From Octopus bimaculoides (lineage: Eukaryota): a DNA stretch of 64,000 bases. Made by a program: the position numbers and the translations under genes. The DNA is taken from the NCBI RefSeq assembly GCF_001194135.2, contig NC_069003.1:31613201-31677200 (forward strand), written 5' to 3'. Positions within the stretch are counted from its first letter, which is position 1. The number at the start of each line of letters is the position of its first letter. Below, in pieces: positions 63,953 through 64,000 of the stretch. Under the pieces are notes generated by a model. That model was not told where the DNA came from. It ran no database searches and was given only the letters and a program-made list of their open reading frames with translations.

Positions 63953-64000
63953 TGACCGTTGACTGAACACTATTCAATTTTTTTTCTCCGTGTTTTTCTC

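Noticed and set aside
50983-64000. Search for the next cytohesin exon (GRKKFNMDPKK-like, Sec7 start)
   Set aside because: No matching frame was found by eye. It is probably beyond the window or in a gap.
1-64000. CRISPR arrays, rRNA, operon-like systems
   Set aside because: No regularly spaced repeat-spacer array or rRNA-like sequence was seen. The window is eukaryotic intron-type DNA.

Overview
AT-rich, microsatellite- and SINE-dense eukaryotic DNA with several assembly gaps. The repeat families look like octopus or another coleoid cephalopod; that is recalled resemblance, not a database check. The only well-supported gene is the 5' part of a + strand cytohesin (ARNO/GRP1-family Arf-GEF). 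Two short exons (35238-35311 and 50918-50982) encode the N-terminal coiled coil DLTEDEQQLLMTIRGRKQQLELDIK|RLKEEIADVTAELESMDLPEDT and are separated by a 15.6 kb intron. No Sec7 or PH exon was found in the window. Several unique-sequence segments look like alternative first exons whose splice phase fits these exons. The best is 16157-16292, with TATA at about -30, an Inr-like site and an MGASLS myristoylation motif. The rest is intron or intergenic sequence filled with at least five tRNA-derived or RTE-associated SINE families, TTAA piggyBac-type MITEs, hAT MITEs with 8-bp TSDs, a Tc1/mariner MITE, a non-autonomous Helentron and an RTE LINE remnant. There are also Penelope-type hammerhead-ribozyme-like motifs, one inside a 195-bp fold-back insertion with a 9-bp TSD. 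Most ORFs in the supplied track are artefacts of gaps, microsatellites or SINEs. Exon, TSD and motif coordinates were counted by hand; repeat boundaries are approximate.
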